This document shows positions 15,571 to 29,639 of a stretch of DNA of 64,000 nucleotides, one piece after another. A program made the translations under genes and the position numbers. Source of the stretch: the human T2T-CHM13v2.0 reference genome, Homo sapiens. How positions within the stretch are numbered: position 1 is the first letter of the stretch; the number at the start of each line of letters is the position of its first letter. The notes below the pieces were generated by a model. It was not told the origin of the DNA. It was given only the letters and a program-made list of their open reading frames with translations, and ran no database searches. Location: the NCBI RefSeq assembly GCF_009914755.1, contig NC_060933.1, one strand, 5' to 3'.

Positions 15571-16375
15571 TTCTCCAGAGTCTGCACCTGCTGGAGACCT
15601 GCCAGCTGTGCTACCTTTTGAGAACTTCACTGTGAAAAGGCCCGGAAATTGGAGAGGGCAACTTTATGGGAATGAAGAACTAGGAGGGTAAGGAAGGGGA
15701 AGAAAAGAAAAGAAAAGGAAGAGCCCTACATTCTAGCCCACCTGGGATCTACACTGGGGGCTTCATTTAGGGACTAGTCTCTAGAAAAAGAGAATAAATC
15801 TGCACATTAGTAGCCAGCAATAACCACCTGCCTCCATCCAGGCTATAAAGGCCTTAGGGTCCACTCTCCCTGGAGAAGCAAGATTTCACCCTGGTCTTGC
15901 TTTTGGAGAAGTATGAAAGCTCAGCACCAACCTCACCAGCCTCTGCTGACTGCCCACCCTAGGCCCCCTGGGGCTTGGATGGCCTGACCACTCCACATTC
16001 ACTGTCTATTCCTGGTTTCCTGACCAACTTTAAGGACTGGCATTCCGTTTTGCTTTATATACACTGAGAAGTCAGCATCTCAGTACAGACTTACCACCTC
16101 AGACACATTGACCACTCCAAATACACACTGTAATAAAAAAACAATTATAGCTTATGATTAATATATTCCAGGTACCATGTCTAGGTACTTGTAAGGTAAG
16201 AAGCAGAAACTGTAGTTATTACTATTTTTACTTACATCTATTTTTCTGTTTTGTTTATATATGTTTGAATTTTCACAATTCTATGAAATATGTATATATT
16301 ATTATCATTCTCATTTTACACATAAGGAAACTTAGGCTTAGAGACTTAAATTACACAGCTATGAATCAGTAGAGT

Positions 16376-16610
16376 GATAGGTGAGCCCCATCCCACCCTC
16401 CCCCCTCTAGTAGTTCCCAGTGTCTGTTGTTCTCATCTTTGTATCCATGTGTACTCAAAGTTTAGCTGCCATTTATAAGTGAGAATATGCAGTATTTGGG
16501 TTTCTTTTCTTGTGTTAATTTGCTCAGGAGAATGACCTCCAGTTGCATCCATGTAACTGAAAATACAAGATTTCATTCTTTTTTATGGCTGCATAATATT
16601 CTATGGTGAA
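16376..16610 (-). mobile_element. L1 3'UTR fragment without a poly(A) tail
   Basis: 'ctctagtagttcccagtgtctgttgtt...gagaatatgcagtatttgg...tttttatggctgcataatattc'. Confidence 0.8.
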
Positions 16611-16650
16611 CAGGCCCTTAGTTTCTGTTCTTCTTTTTTTTAAATAAAGG

Positions 16651-16962
16651 TTTTTTCTTCTTCTTTTTTTTTTTTAAAGGGCTAGAGTCTTGCTCTGTCA
16701 CCCAGGCTAGAGTGCAGTGGCACAATCATAGCTCACCGCAGCCTTGAACTCCTGAGCTCAAGCAATCCTTCTGCCTCAACCTTTCAAGTAGTTAGAACTA
16801 CAGGTGTGAACCACCATGTCTGGCTAATTTTTGTTTTTTTTCATAGAGACAGAGTTTTGCTGTATTGCCCAAGCTGGTCTTGAACTACTGGCCTCAAGCA
16901 ATCCTCCTGCCTCAGCCTCCCAAAACACTGGGATTATAGGCATGAGCCAACTGTGCCCAGTC
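16651..16962 (-). mobile_element. AluJ
   Basis: 'atcatagctcaccgcagccttgaactcctgagctcaagcaatcc'. Confidence 0.9.
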
Positions 16963-18564
16963 CTGTTAGTTCAATTTTTTAAAGTTTTAGTTTTGAATTT
17001 TGTTAAGGCACATTTCAAACATTCAAAAGGCAAAAAATACTTTAACAAAGCCCTAAGAGTTTCATGAAGTACACATTTTCCAGCTATGGTAATCTTTATT
17101 ATTTTTATTATTTTTTTCAACTTTTTTTGGGTTCAGGGGCACATGTGTAGGCTTGTTACATGGGTAAACTGTGTGTCTCTGAGGCATGGTATACAAATGA
17201 TCCCATCACCCACGTAGTGAGCATAGTACCCAATAGGTAGTTTTTCAGCACCTGCCCCCTTCTTCCCTCCCCGCTCTAGTAGTCCCTAGTGTCTATTGTT
17301 CCCGTTTTTATGTCTGTGTGTACCCAATATTTAGCTCTTACTTATAAGTAAGGACACATGGTATTTGGTTTTCTGTTCCTGCATTAGTTTTCTTAGGATT
17401 GTGGCCTGTGTCTGCATCCATGTTGCTGCAAAGGACATGAGTTCATTCTTTCTTATGGCTGTTTAGTATTCCATGGTATATATGTACCACATTTTCTTTA
17501 CTCAGTTCATCATTGATGGCACCTAGGTTGCTATTGTGAATAGTGCTGCAATGAACATGTGAGTTCATGTGTCTTTGTGATAGAATGATTTATTTTCCTT
17601 TGATGGAATGATTTATTTTTGATAGGAAGATTTTTTTTGGCGGGGTGGGGGGGGGTTGTACTCACTCATGGGATTGCTGGGTCAAATGGAAGTTCTCTTT
17701 TAAGTTCTTTGAGACGTCTCCAAACTGCTTTCCACAGTGGCTGAACTAATTCACATTCTCGCCAACAGTGTGTAAGTGTTCCTTTTTCTCCATAGTCTTA
17801 CCAGCATCTGTTGTTTTTGGACTTTTTAATAGCCATTCTGACTGGAATGTGATGTTACCTCATTGTGGTTTTGAGTGATTAATCATGTTGAGCATTCTTT
17901 CATATAATTGTTGGCCACATGTATGTTGTCTTTTGAGAAGTGTCTCTTCATGTGCTTTTCCCATTTTTTAATAGAACTATTTGAGTTTTGCTTGTTGAAA
18001 CTTACAGATTTTGGATATAAGACCTTTGCTGTATACATAGTTTGTGAATATTTTCTCCCATTCTGTCTGTTTACTCTGTTTAATTAGGTCCCATTTGTCA
18101 ATTTTTTTTTGTTGCAGTTGCTTTTGGGGACTTAGTCATGGATTCTTTGCCAAGGCTGATATCTAGAATGATATTTCCTAGATTTTCTTCTAGAATTTTT
18201 ATAGTTTTAGGTCTTACGTTTAAGTCTTTAATCCAACTTGAGTTAATTTTTGTATATGGTGAAAGGTGGGGGTGGGGGATCCAGTTTCATTTTTCTGCAT
18301 ATGGCTAGCCAGTTATCCCAGCACCATTTATTTAAGAGGTAGTCCTTTCCCCACTGTTTGTTATTGTCGACTTTGTTGAAGATCAGATAGTTGTAGGTAT
18401 GGCTTTATTTCTGGGTTCTCTATTCCATTCCCTTAGTCTACGTGTCAGTTTTTTGTAACAAGAACAAGCTATTTTGGTTACTATAGCCTCATGGTGTAGT
18501 TTGAAGTTGGTTAATGCGATGCCTCTGGCTTTGTTCTTTTGGCTTAGGATTGCTTTGGCTTTTT

Positions 18565-19014
18565 AATTTTATTTTATTATTATTATACTTTAAGTTTTAG
18601 GGTACATGTGCACAATGTGCAGGTTAGTTACATATGTATACATGTGCCATGCTGGTGTGCTGTACCCATTAACTCGTCATTTAGCATTAGGTATATCTCC
18701 TAATGCTATCCCTCCCCCCTCCCCCCACCCCACAACAGTCCCCAGAGTGTGATGTTCCCCTTCCTGTGTCCATGTGTTCTCATTGTTCAATTCCCACCTA
18801 TGAGTGAGAACATGCAGTGTTTGGTTTTTTGTCCTTGCGATAGTTTACTGAGAATGATGATTTCCAATTTCATCCATGTCCCTACAAAGGACATGAACCC
18901 ATCATTTTTTATGGCTGCATAGTATTCCATGGTGTATATGTGCCACATTTTCTTAATCCAGTTGATCATTGTTGGACATTTGGGTTGGTTCCAAGTCTTT
19001 GAACCAAGCCCAAA
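18565..19014 (-). mobile_element. Younger L1PA 3' end nested in the older L1
   Basis: 'ttattatactttaagttttagggtacatgtgcacaatgtgcagg'. TSD tgctttggcttttt at 18551-18564 and 19015-19028. Confidence 0.92.
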
Positions 19015-19526
19015 TGCTTTGGCTTTTTGGACTCCTTTTTTTGTTTCCATGTGAATTTTAGAATAGTTTTTTCTAATCCTTTGAAAAATTATGTTGGTTG
19101 TTTGATAGAAATGGTATTGAATCTATAGATTGCTTTGGGAATTGTAGCCATTTTAATGAAATTGAGTCTTTTGATCCATAAACATGGGATGTTTTTCTTT
19201 TTGTTTCTTTCATCATCTATGATTTCTTTCAGCAGAGTTTTGTAATTCTCCTTGTAGAAAACCTTCACTTCCTTGGTTAGATGTATTTTTAGGTATTTTA
19301 TTTTCTTTATGGTTATTGTAAATGGGATTGTGTCCTCGATTTGGCTCTCAGCTTGAATATTATTGGTGTATAGAAATTCTACTTATTTTTGTACATTGTG
19401 TCCTGAAATTTTACTAAAGTTGTTTACCAGCTCTAGGAGCCTTTTGGCAGAACCTTTAGGGTTTTCTACATATAGAATCATATCATCAGTGAAGAGAGAT
19501 AATTTGACTTCTTCTTTTCCTATTTC

Positions 19527-19661
19527 CTGCAACGTCTGCTCCTGGGTTCAAGTGATTCTCCTGCCTCAGCCTCCTGAGTAGGAGCGATTACAGGCGCCTG
19601 CCACCACGCCCAGCTGATTTTTGTATTTTTAGTAGAGACGGGGTTTCACCATTTTGACCAG
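19527..19661 (-). mobile_element. Internal AluS fragment, truncated at both ends
   Basis: 'ctgcaacgtctgctcctgggttcaagtgattc...gagacggggtttcaccattttgaccag'. No tail and no TSD. Confidence 0.85.
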
Positions 19662-19971
19662 TATTAAATTCTTGATTGACATTTCCTTTCTTTGAGAATG
19701 CTAAATATAGACCTCCAGTCTCTTCTGCCTTATAGAATTTCTGTAGAGAAGTGTGCTGTTAAACCTGATGTAGCTCCCTTTGTGTATGATCTGACTTTTT
19801 TCCCTAGTCGCCACTAAGATTTTTTCTTTAACATTGACCTTAGTCTACTGACCATATGCCTTGCTGATGTTTACTTTGTATGGTATCAGGCAGGTGTTCT
19901 TTGGGTTTCCTATACTCAGCAAGATTAGAGAAATTTTCTTAAACTATTATCTTGAATATATTTTTCCAGGA

Positions 19972-20356
19972 TGATATGGTTTGGCTCCATGTTCCCACCC
20001 AAATCTCATGTCAAATTGTAATTCCCAATATTGGGGGAGGGACCAGGTGGAAGGTGATTGGATCATGGCGGCAGATTTCCCCCTTCCTGTTCTCATGATA
20101 GTGAGTGAGCTCTCATGAGATCTGATGGTTTATAAGTGTGTGGCACTTCTCCCTTCGCTCTGTCTCTCTCCCGCTGCCGTGTGAAGACGTGCTTGCTTCC
20201 CCTTTGCCCTTCCACTTTGGTTATAAGTTTTCTGAGGCTTCTCCAGCCATGCTTTCTGCACAGCCTGTGGAACTGTGAGCCAATTAAACCTCTTTTCTGT
20301 ATAAATCATTCAGTCTCAGGTAGTTCTTTATAGCAGTATGAGAATGGACTAATACA
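19972..20356 (+). mobile_element. MSTA solo LTR inserted in L1 ORF1
   Basis: tgatatggtttggctcc...gtgattggatcatgg...gaatggactaataca. Confidence 0.85.
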
Positions 20357-23300
20357 CAGATTGTTTACTTTTTCTCCTCTTTTGGGAATGCCGATAATTC
20401 ATACGTTTGATTGCTTTACATGATCCTATATTGTTCATCTTTTAAATTAAAAAAACTTTTTTTCTGATTGGGTTAGTTAGAAAGACCAGTCTTCAAGCTC
20501 TGAAATTCTTCTTTCTGCTTGATCTGGTTTATTGATACAGCATTCAATTGTATTCTGAAATTCCTTAAGTGAGTTTTTCAGTTCCAGTATATCTAATTGA
20601 TTTATTTTTAAGATATTTACCTCTTTTGTTATTTCCTGAGTTGCTTTAGAGGTTGATTTTTGTTCATTTTCAACTTGTCTTGTGTATTGTTGAGTTTCTC
20701 TGCAATCCATGCTTTGAGGTCTCCATCTGTTATCTCTGTGCCTCTGTTTTTGTTAGAGATCATTGCAGGAGAGCTAGAGTGAGCCTTTGGTGGTGTCACA
20801 GCATTCAGATATTTTATGGTGGCAGAATTATTATGTTGGTTCTTTCTCAACTGAAAAGGATTGTATTGGGTAGGGCTTTTTGGCTTTGCTCCTGTAGTCC
20901 TATGCACTTCTCTTGGCATGTTTTTTATTGGGCTATATGGCTCAACCTGCAGGCTGGTAGATGGAATTCGCAGGTAAGAGCCAGGTGCTTCACAAGTTGG
21001 TGGGTGTGAACCTGGTTTTTGTTCACTGTGAGGTGCTGTCTGTTGTTTTGGGTGAAGGACTGGACATTGGGGTGCCCAGTGTCTTGAGCTTCCTGTTGTA
21101 CAGAGGTGGCAGGACACAGCTGAGCAGAGCTGGAGCCCTTCCCTGGCTTCCCACCAATATCCCAATAGTGACAGAAGGCACCAGCCTTGATGAGGGTGGC
21201 TGGGGGGAGTTCCTGGTAAAATGTGCTGAAGTTTCGGCAGAGGGTGTTGTGCAGAGGGGGGATGAAGTGGTTGAACTGGCCCCCGCTTTTAGATAAGCAG
21301 CAATATGGTCTGTTTCCCTGTCACATTCCTGTTCCAGGGCTTGTGACTCCTAGTTCAGACACACACTGTCATCTGTCTCTGGACTGCAGTGTAGCTGGGA
21401 GGTATGGGCAATGCTTGTTTTGTGAATCTCCATGGGAGTGGTTTTAGGGCATAACCTTGTCACTCAACCTGACACAGATAGCTTTTAGACTCGCCTGTTC
21501 TCCAATGTAGCAATGCTACTGCTTCTCTTAAAGGAGGGGTGGAGGGGTGCTCCACCTTTGGGCCAGTGTGAGTAGGTGTTGGTTGTGGTGGTGTCAGCTG
21601 CTTGAGTCAGCTCAGCCTTAGTTTCTGGGGAAAGTAGTCAGGTTCCAGGAAACTTGAATTGGATTAGGTAGATTCCCAGTTCCCAGGCCCTTCTATATGG
21701 TCTGCTAAACAGCATGTATGAGTCCTGAAAGGGCTTGATCGGGGTCCAGCTAACCCAGAGTTGACGTGGTGGCTATTATGGGGGCAGGAAGGCTGGTTCC
21801 CTGGAAACTGGTCAAACTCTCAGGCAGGGGCTGGTGGAACACTTAGGTGGTGGGAGCCTGAAGGAAGATCACAGGCCTGTGGGGACTGGGTTTTCAGAAG
21901 GGCTCTGGGCTGTAGGTGAGATGACCAGGTGGGGGCAGGGCAGCTGTGCTGTGGGCCTTTCACTAGGGATGGCAGGACCCCTTAGCTGGGGCAATGAAGA
22001 TTGGTGGCTGTAGGGAACATGGCACGCTCATACTTCCCTCCCACCGAAGCGATGCTGAACTTTACTATTGGGGGCACATAAAGGTGTCAAGCATTGTCTG
22101 CTACTTCTGGGAGTTTTGCCCTAGAAGAACACAGAGCTGTCACTGACCGTAATGTTCAGGTGGGGCTGCTACGCTGGAAGCCCAAGCTGGCAAGCCTTGC
22201 CTTGCTAGGAGCAGTGGGTATGGGAAGTGGATGGTCTGCTGTCCAGGTGGTTCCTGGGTGAGTGCAGAGTTCAGGCAGGGGTGGGGTTGCTGTGTTGGAA
22301 GCCCAAGCCGAGCCTTTCCTGGAGAGGAGGAGTGGGGCAGTCTGACTACTCTTCAGCACCATGACTTTGACCTCTACTGGGGCTATGGCAGTTGGTGCTT
22401 GGCTGCTTAGGGATCCAGGGTCTATGGGGTTTCCAGAGCAGTGCCTCTGGAAAAGCTCCAGGCAGCTCTCTGTGTGGTCTAGACAGGGGCTGTGGCGGTG
22501 GGTGCTTCTGTGTTCAGGATTACAAAGGTCCATGTGGCAAGTGTGGATCCCTGGGCACTCTCACTCATTCACCCTTTCTCTGCATTAGGGAGCTTCCCCT
22601 AGCTCCAGGCTGGTCCTGGATAGGCAGCTTCCTGGCTTCACTCCTCTCTATTCTCTGTGGGTCCCCTTGCTTCCTTGGTGAATCCTGATGTGGTCTCATT
22701 AATGATCTACTTGAAGAGCTAGTGTTTACTCACCATTCTGTTTTCTCTCCATGAGAGCACCACACACTAGCTGTTCCTAGTCAACCATCTTGAATTTAAT
22801 TCTACAGTAATCTTCACATTCTTAACAACTACACTGGATGGCTCTGCTTGTCCAGCATGATGTCAATTTTCTGTGTTCTTGATCTATGTAAACACTCACT
22901 TGAGTGTCCAATTGGGCATAGTTTTCACATGATTACTCAAGCCATAGTGTTGATAAGCATCCATTGAGCTTCTAGAACCTGCTCATTTTGATTGGTAAAT
23001 ACCGACGATGGTGACAAGCATGTAGTAACTGATTGGAAGAATTTTCATCTTTTTTACATCAAACTTAGAATTTGTACTCTGTCCAGCGGTAAATATTTGT
23101 TACTTATTTTGTATTGCATAAAATAATTTAAGTATGTACTTATAAGTACATACACTTTTGAGTTTGTCTTAGGGACAAGAGTTTGACTTCAAATGCTTAT
23201 TCCCCTTGAAACCTGTTTTAATCACAAAGTTGGGTGTTGCTTTCTTAAGAGCAAAGTCATTAAGTTTAGGAAGGATGATTTGAGAATAATAAAAGTGGTA

Positions 23301-25539
23301 ATTATACAAACAAATAAATGCAACAATTAATATTTCATTAATTATTATTAGTGTATGCCAAGCTAGTACTGCTAATATAAAACACAAAGGGCTAACTTTT
23401 AGAAAATTGGTAGAGTGTCATGGACATAAATAAACTGGAAAAACAGAATCAAAGTCCCAGAGGCTGTTCATAAGTCTTTTGTAGACTGGCTGAGACAGCA
23501 GAAAGCTCCCAGTTCATTCTGCTACATAAGTAATACTCTTGTTGGCAATGGCTGGAGGACCAAAGAATTTGGAATGTGATTAAAAATTGAGAATGGCCTC
23601 TGACAGTATAATGGATGTGGTATCCAACTCAACACTAAACACAAATATGTCCAATAGGGGAATTTATTATGTCTTACATAGTTGGGAAACCTATATCAAC
23701 TCCAAGATGTCACAGTGGGAGTACTTGAGTTGTTTCCTAAACCTAAATATGAAACTAAAACTAAAATCAGTTCTGGGGAATGCCTCTTAGGACTGCAGTG
23801 ATGAAGCATAATTGAACCAGCCATGTGTGGAGATGACATCAGAGGATAAACCAGCTTGTCCTGGCTGAACTCAAATGGGGTTAGCTCAAGAGCAAGGATA
23901 GGAAAGAAACATGATCATTCCAAAGGATAGTTTCCAGCAAGGTAACTTTGGGTAAATATGACTGGGGGAATTAAAAAGACAGAGGGAAGGCTTTGAAAAC
24001 TGCACCAGTGGTCACACAACAAAAAGTCATCAGCAGTGGTACTGAATCACGTGTAATAGCCACACCCAAGTGTGCCCTCAGCATCATTCCTCAAAGAGGT
24101 TGAGATGAATGAAAGTCATACAATGTTTTGTTTCTTCCTGAGAACATATAACTCCTAAGGAATCTGATGGGGATTGTACCTTCAGAACATTAGTGCTTAG
24201 AGATGTCTTTAAAATCTTGAGAAACATAAATACCTTGTAGGTTGGTTGGTTTGGTGTGTGTTTGTTAAGTATCTGAAGAGGCTTAAAACAGGAATATAAA
24301 TAATATTTACATAAATATAAATAATGGTAAAATTTAAATAAAGAATTAGGCAGGCTATAGAAGGATAGATACAGGTACACTTGGAAAGACAACAGTGTGG
24401 TTTTATGTAGACTGGTATCTTTTTGTCCCTGTAGTGCCCATATAGTTTAGGGCCCTGCACAGTAAAATCTATTTGACAGTGACAAAGAGTGATTGAAATG
24501 AGCATGGCATGTGAATTATGACATTTGACTTGAGAGTCCAGACATTTAAACACTGCCACTCACAGCTTCCAAACCTTAAGCTGTCATGTATTTATTTCTT
24601 CATTTAATGGACATATTTACTATATAGTATAGAAAAGTCTAAAGAGGTATATGTGCTCATGTGACTGACTTTATACATGGGAGGAAGAGTGACCCTTTGA
24701 GCCAAAATGTATCAGATACTAACTAGATAGGGACTATAGATTTTAATTAAAATCCCAAAAATTAAAAATCAAATCAGTTTCTCTTTTATTGGTCAAATCC
24801 TCAATCCAATTATCTTTTTGCTTCAAAAAGTAATTAAAAATTCCACAGACAATAATCCCTTAAACCCAGGGAGTCAATGATTTTTTTAAGTGGAGGCCTT
24901 TGAAATCCAATCAAAGCTTGCATAAATGAAGAAAAGATGGAAAATTTATTTTTCCTTTCCTTTCTCTTTTAAAGTATAAATTCATTTATTCTACAGTCAC
25001 TACTAATTTGTAAGGAAACATAAGAAATAATTTGTAAATTAGTCTACCTACTTTCTTGAAATCTCTTAGGGGAACCTTGCCCTGGATTTCCCACCAGCAG
25101 CTACATTGGCTGATGGTGTTTTCACAAGGATACAGCCAGCTGGATAATGACTGTTATCAAGGAAGAGGGACTTTGAGGGACATAAAGGATAGAAGTTGAA
25201 AAATAAAATTACATAAAAAATAGTCAATTTGTATTTTGCAAAAACTTCAACTCATGGATTTAATTTTGTTTACTTTGAGGTCTTTATTTACAGTACTTAG
25301 TTTTAAAGAAATGAAGGTCCTCATTTCCAAATTATAGCTATAGAAATCAAATCGAGTCATGGTTACATTACTCAGCCTTTTAGAAAATGGTGACTGGTAT
25401 CACTTATATTGTTCTTCAAGTAGAAAATAAAATAACAATTGTATTATTTCCTTAATCACTCCCTCCTTTCTTCCCTCCCTTTTATACTACCTTCTCCCTT
25501 TTCATTTCTTATTTTAAAAATTAAATTAGTTTCTTTAGT

Positions 25540-28500
25540 GTTTTTTATTTGTTTAAATGGACAGATAAAGCTGTATATGTTTGACATGATGTTTTGAAAT
25601 ATTTACATTAAAGAAATACTAAATTGAGCTAATTAACATATGCATTATCTCACAAAGTTATTTTAGTGACGAGAACACTTAAAATCTACTCTCTTAGACT
25701 TTCTCAATAATACAATAAATGTTCATTTAACTATAGTCACTTTACACTAGATATCCTTGAATATATGACTTCTATATAACTGTAATTCTATATTGTTTGA
25801 CCACTCTCTCCTCATCCTCCTTTCCCCCTGTGGGTACCGCTATGATACTCTCTACTTCTAAGAGATCAATTTTATATTCCAGATATAGGTGAGATCACTT
25901 GGTATTTGTCTTTCTGTGCCTGGCTTATCTCACTTAACATATTGTCCTCCAGGTTCATCAGTGTTGTTGAAATGACAGCGTTTTTGTCTTTTTAATGGAT
26001 GAATACTATTCCATTGTGTATATATATCACATTTTCTTTATCTATTCATTTGTTGATTGACACTTAGGTTGATTCCATATCTTGGCTATTGTAAATAATT
26101 CTGCAGTGAAAATGGAAGTGCAGATATCTCTTTGACAAACTGATTTCATTTCCTTTGGATATATACCCAGTGGTGGTATTGCTGGGTCATATGGCAATTC
26201 TATTTTTTATATTTGAGGAAACATCATAGTGTTTTCCATAATGGCTGTGCTAATTTGCATTCCCACTGGCATGTGCAAAGATGCCTTTTTTTCCCCCCAC
26301 ATCCTTGACAATTCTTATGGTCTTATTGATTATAGCCATTCTAACAGGGATGAGGTGATAGTTCTTTGTAGTTTAATTTGCATTTCCCTGATGATTAGTG
26401 ATGTTGAAAATTTTTTCACATACCTGTTGGCCATTTGTATGTCTTCTTTTGAGAAATGTTTATTTAGGTAATTCATCTATTTTTTAATCACATTATTTGT
26501 TGTTTTGCTTTTGAGTTGAGTTTCTTATATGTTTGGTATATTAACTCCTTATCAGATAAATGTTTGTAAATATTTCTCTTATTCCTTAGGTTGTTTCTTT
26601 ATTGTTGATTATTTCCTTTGCTGCGCAGAAGTTTTTTAGTTCAATGTAATCCCATTTGTCTATTTTTTTGCTTTTGTTGCCTGTGCTTTTGAAGTTATAT
26701 CCAAAAAATTGCTACCCAGACTAATGTCAAGGAGATTTTCCTTCATGTTTTCTAATAGTTTTAAGTTTCAGGTCTTAGGTTTAAGTCTTTATTCATTTTG
26801 AGTTGAAGTTTGCATATGGTGTGAGATGACGTTTAATTTCATTGTCCTGCATGTGGATATTCAGGATCATTTATTGAAGAGATTAGCTCTTTCCCCATTG
26901 TATGTTCTTGGCATCTGTGTCACAGATCAATTGACTATAAATGGGTCAATCTATTTCTAGGCTCTCTATAGTGTTCCATTGATCTGTATGTCTGTTTTTA
27001 TGCCAGTATCATGATATTTTGAATACTATAGCTCTATAGTAGACTTCCATATCAGGCAGTCTAATTCCTCTAGCTTTGTTCTTTTTGCTTAAGATTACTT
27101 TGGCTATTCGGGGTCTTTTTTGGTTCCACACAAATTTAAGGAGTGTTTTTTCTCCTTCTGTGAAGAATGTCATTGGTATTTTTTATAGGGATTGCATTGA
27201 ATCTGTACATTGCTTTGGGTAGTATGAACATTGTCTTCCTCAACTTCTCTCATAAAAGTATTATAGTTTCAGTGTAGAGATATTTCACCTTCTTGGTTAC
27301 ATTTATTCCTAAGGTTTTTTAATGCCATTGTAAATGAAATTGTTTCCTTGATTTATTTTTCATATTGCTTGCTTTTAGTGTATAGACATGTTACTAATTT
27401 TTGTATATTTATTTTATATCCTTCAACTTCACTAAATTTGTTTATTAGTTCTAACAGTTTTTTTTGATGGAGTGTCTAGGATTTTCTCTATATAAGATTA
27501 TGTCAACGGTAAACAGGGACATCTTCCTTTCCATTTGATGTCTTTTATTTCTTTCTGTTGTCTAATTGCTCTGGCTAGAACTTCTAGTACTATGTTGAAT
27601 AGAATTGGTTCCAGTGGGCACATTTGTCTTGTTCTGGATCTTAAAGGAAAAGCTTTCAACTTTCCTTGTTGAGTATGTCAGCTGTGGGTTTTTCATATAT
27701 GACCTTTATCGTGTTGAGGTGCGTTCCTTCTGTACCAAATTTGTTGGGAGTTTTACTATGAAAGAATATTGGATTTTGTCAAATGCTTTTTTCTGCCTCT
27801 AATGAGATGGTCATTTTTTTTCCTTCATTCCGTTGATGTGTTTTACAACATTTATAGATTTGTGTATGTTTGACTCTCCTTGCATCCCTGAGATGAATAC
27901 CACTTGCTAATGATGAATGATGTTAAAAATGTGCTGTTAGATTTGATTTGCCAGTGTTTTTTTTTGAGGACTTTTGCATTTAGGTTTATCAGGCGTATTA
28001 GCCTTTAGTTTTTTTTTTTCTTTTTGTAATGTCTTCATGTTCCTTTGGTATCAGGGTAAGCCAGCCTCATAAAATGAGTTTGAAAGTATTCCTTCCTCTT
28101 TAATTTTTTAGAAGAGTTTGGGAAGGATTGGTAGAATTTTTTTAATGTTTGGTAGAATTAACTGTGACGCCATCAGGTCCCAAGCTTTTATTTAATGGGA
28201 GATTTTAAAATTATTGATTCAATCTTCTTACTTATTATTGGTCTGTACAGATTTTCTGTTTCTTCATAATTCAGTCTCAGTAGGTTGCATGTGTCTAGAA
28301 ATTTATCAGCTTCCTTTAGGTTATCCAATTTGTTGGCATATAGTTGTTCATAATATTCTCTCCTGTTCCTCTGTGTTTCTTTTGTATCAGTCATAATTTC
28401 TCTTTTTTCATTTCTGATTTATTTATTTAAGTCTTCTTTTTTCTCAGTCTAACCTTTGTCTAAAGTTTTATGAATTTTATCTTTTCAAAAAACCAACTCT

Positions 28501-28862
28501 TAGTTTCATTGATTTTTTTTTCTAGTCCCTATTTCATTTATTTCTTTTCTGATCTTTACTATTTTCTTTTTCTACTAACATTTGGCTTAGTTTGTTCTTG
28601 TTTTACTAGTTCCTTAAGATGTAATGTTATATTGTGTATTTGAGTTTTTCCTTCTTTTTTGATGTAGGCATTTATTGCTATACATTTCCCTCTTAGAACT
28701 GCTTTTGATGCATCTTATAAGTTTTGGTATTTTATGTTTCCATTTTTGTTTGTCTCAAGATATTTTAAAATTTCCCTACTATTTTCCTCCTTGAACCATT
28801 GGTTGTTCAAAAGCATGTTGATTAATTTCCATGTATTTGCAAATTATCTGAAGTTTTTCCTG
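25540..28862 (-). mobile_element. L1MA-type L1 (3'UTR plus ORF2)
   Basis: 'gagctaattaacatatgcattatctcac...gagaacacttaaaatctactctc', followed by degenerate antisense ORF2 (YEQLYANKLDNL in ORF 28188-28394). Confidence 0.88.
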
Positions 28863-29639
28863 GTAATTTAGTTTGTTTTGATTACTTTATAAATATTGAA
28901 CCTTGTCAGGAAAAACTAATTTGTGAGATACAGTTGGTTTAGTGCGCTCCTTAAGAAAGTGGTTCATTTTGACAGCCTACTTAATACTTTGTTTACTCTT
29001 AAAACTGTTGGTCTGCAGCTTCCACATGTCCATAGCAGCTGCAGGACTGGAGTTTAGCTCTTAGAGGAGAGAGTAGAGAATGCAGACCTTTTTAACTGGG
29101 GAAGCTTGATGCAGTCTGGAAGGCTGACAGAGACTGTACTTTCCTTTCTACTCCAGGGCCTTACGATAGCATGGATGAGGCTGGATTAACAGAGTGACAG
29201 AAAACACTTCCTTGTTTTGTCTGCTCAGAAGTGCTTGTTTCCTGCTCACTGTTTGTAGTCTTGCATTTGATTGTCCCAGATTAAAATATAATATGACAAC
29301 ATTTGGAGGGAAATACATGTTGCATTTTTCTTTCCAAGATTCCCAGTTTTACATTTACCTGCCCTTCCCTTACCCCCACAAAAGACCCTAGTTATTCTAA
29401 GTTAATAAATGTGTAGGGATCAGTCTTGATGGCATGTCTTCATGCTTACATCTTTCCTGGGTTAATGTGTTATGGGAGAAAAGATTGATTTTTTAACAAT
29501 GGTTCCTGGAGTCTTTGCATATCTATCTGAAAACATCTCTAATGTTGAAGGTCATTGCTTGTGCAGAAGGTGATTGGAGTGTCAAAGCCCACGAAAACCT
29601 GAAGGTGTCTCATTAATTATTTATTCATTCAACACATAT

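Larger units (their letters stand above)
17097..22801 (-). mobile_element. End-to-end older primate L1 (L1PA13-16/L1PREC2-like) with an internal deletion and nested insertions
   Basis: 3'UTR from 17097, ORF2 C-terminal part to ~19526, ORF1 ~19660-20850 (ORF 20477-20710 resembles the ORF1p coiled coil), long GC-richer 5'UTR ending 'ccatcttg'. TSD ctatggtaatctt (17084-17096) / ctacagtaatctt (22802-22814). Confidence 0.85.

Noticed and set aside
15790-15900. TATA-like 'ctataaag' with an upstream E-box
   Set aside because: Short motifs with no CpG island or convincing downstream exon; not supportable as a promoter.
17581-17660. Short tandem triplication and G-run inside L1 (possible G-quadruplex)
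   Set aside because: Local slippage, and lacks four separate G3 tracts.
20629-21165. 178-aa ORF
   Set aside because: Lies in the L1 5'UTR/ORF1 start; a degenerate retroelement frame.
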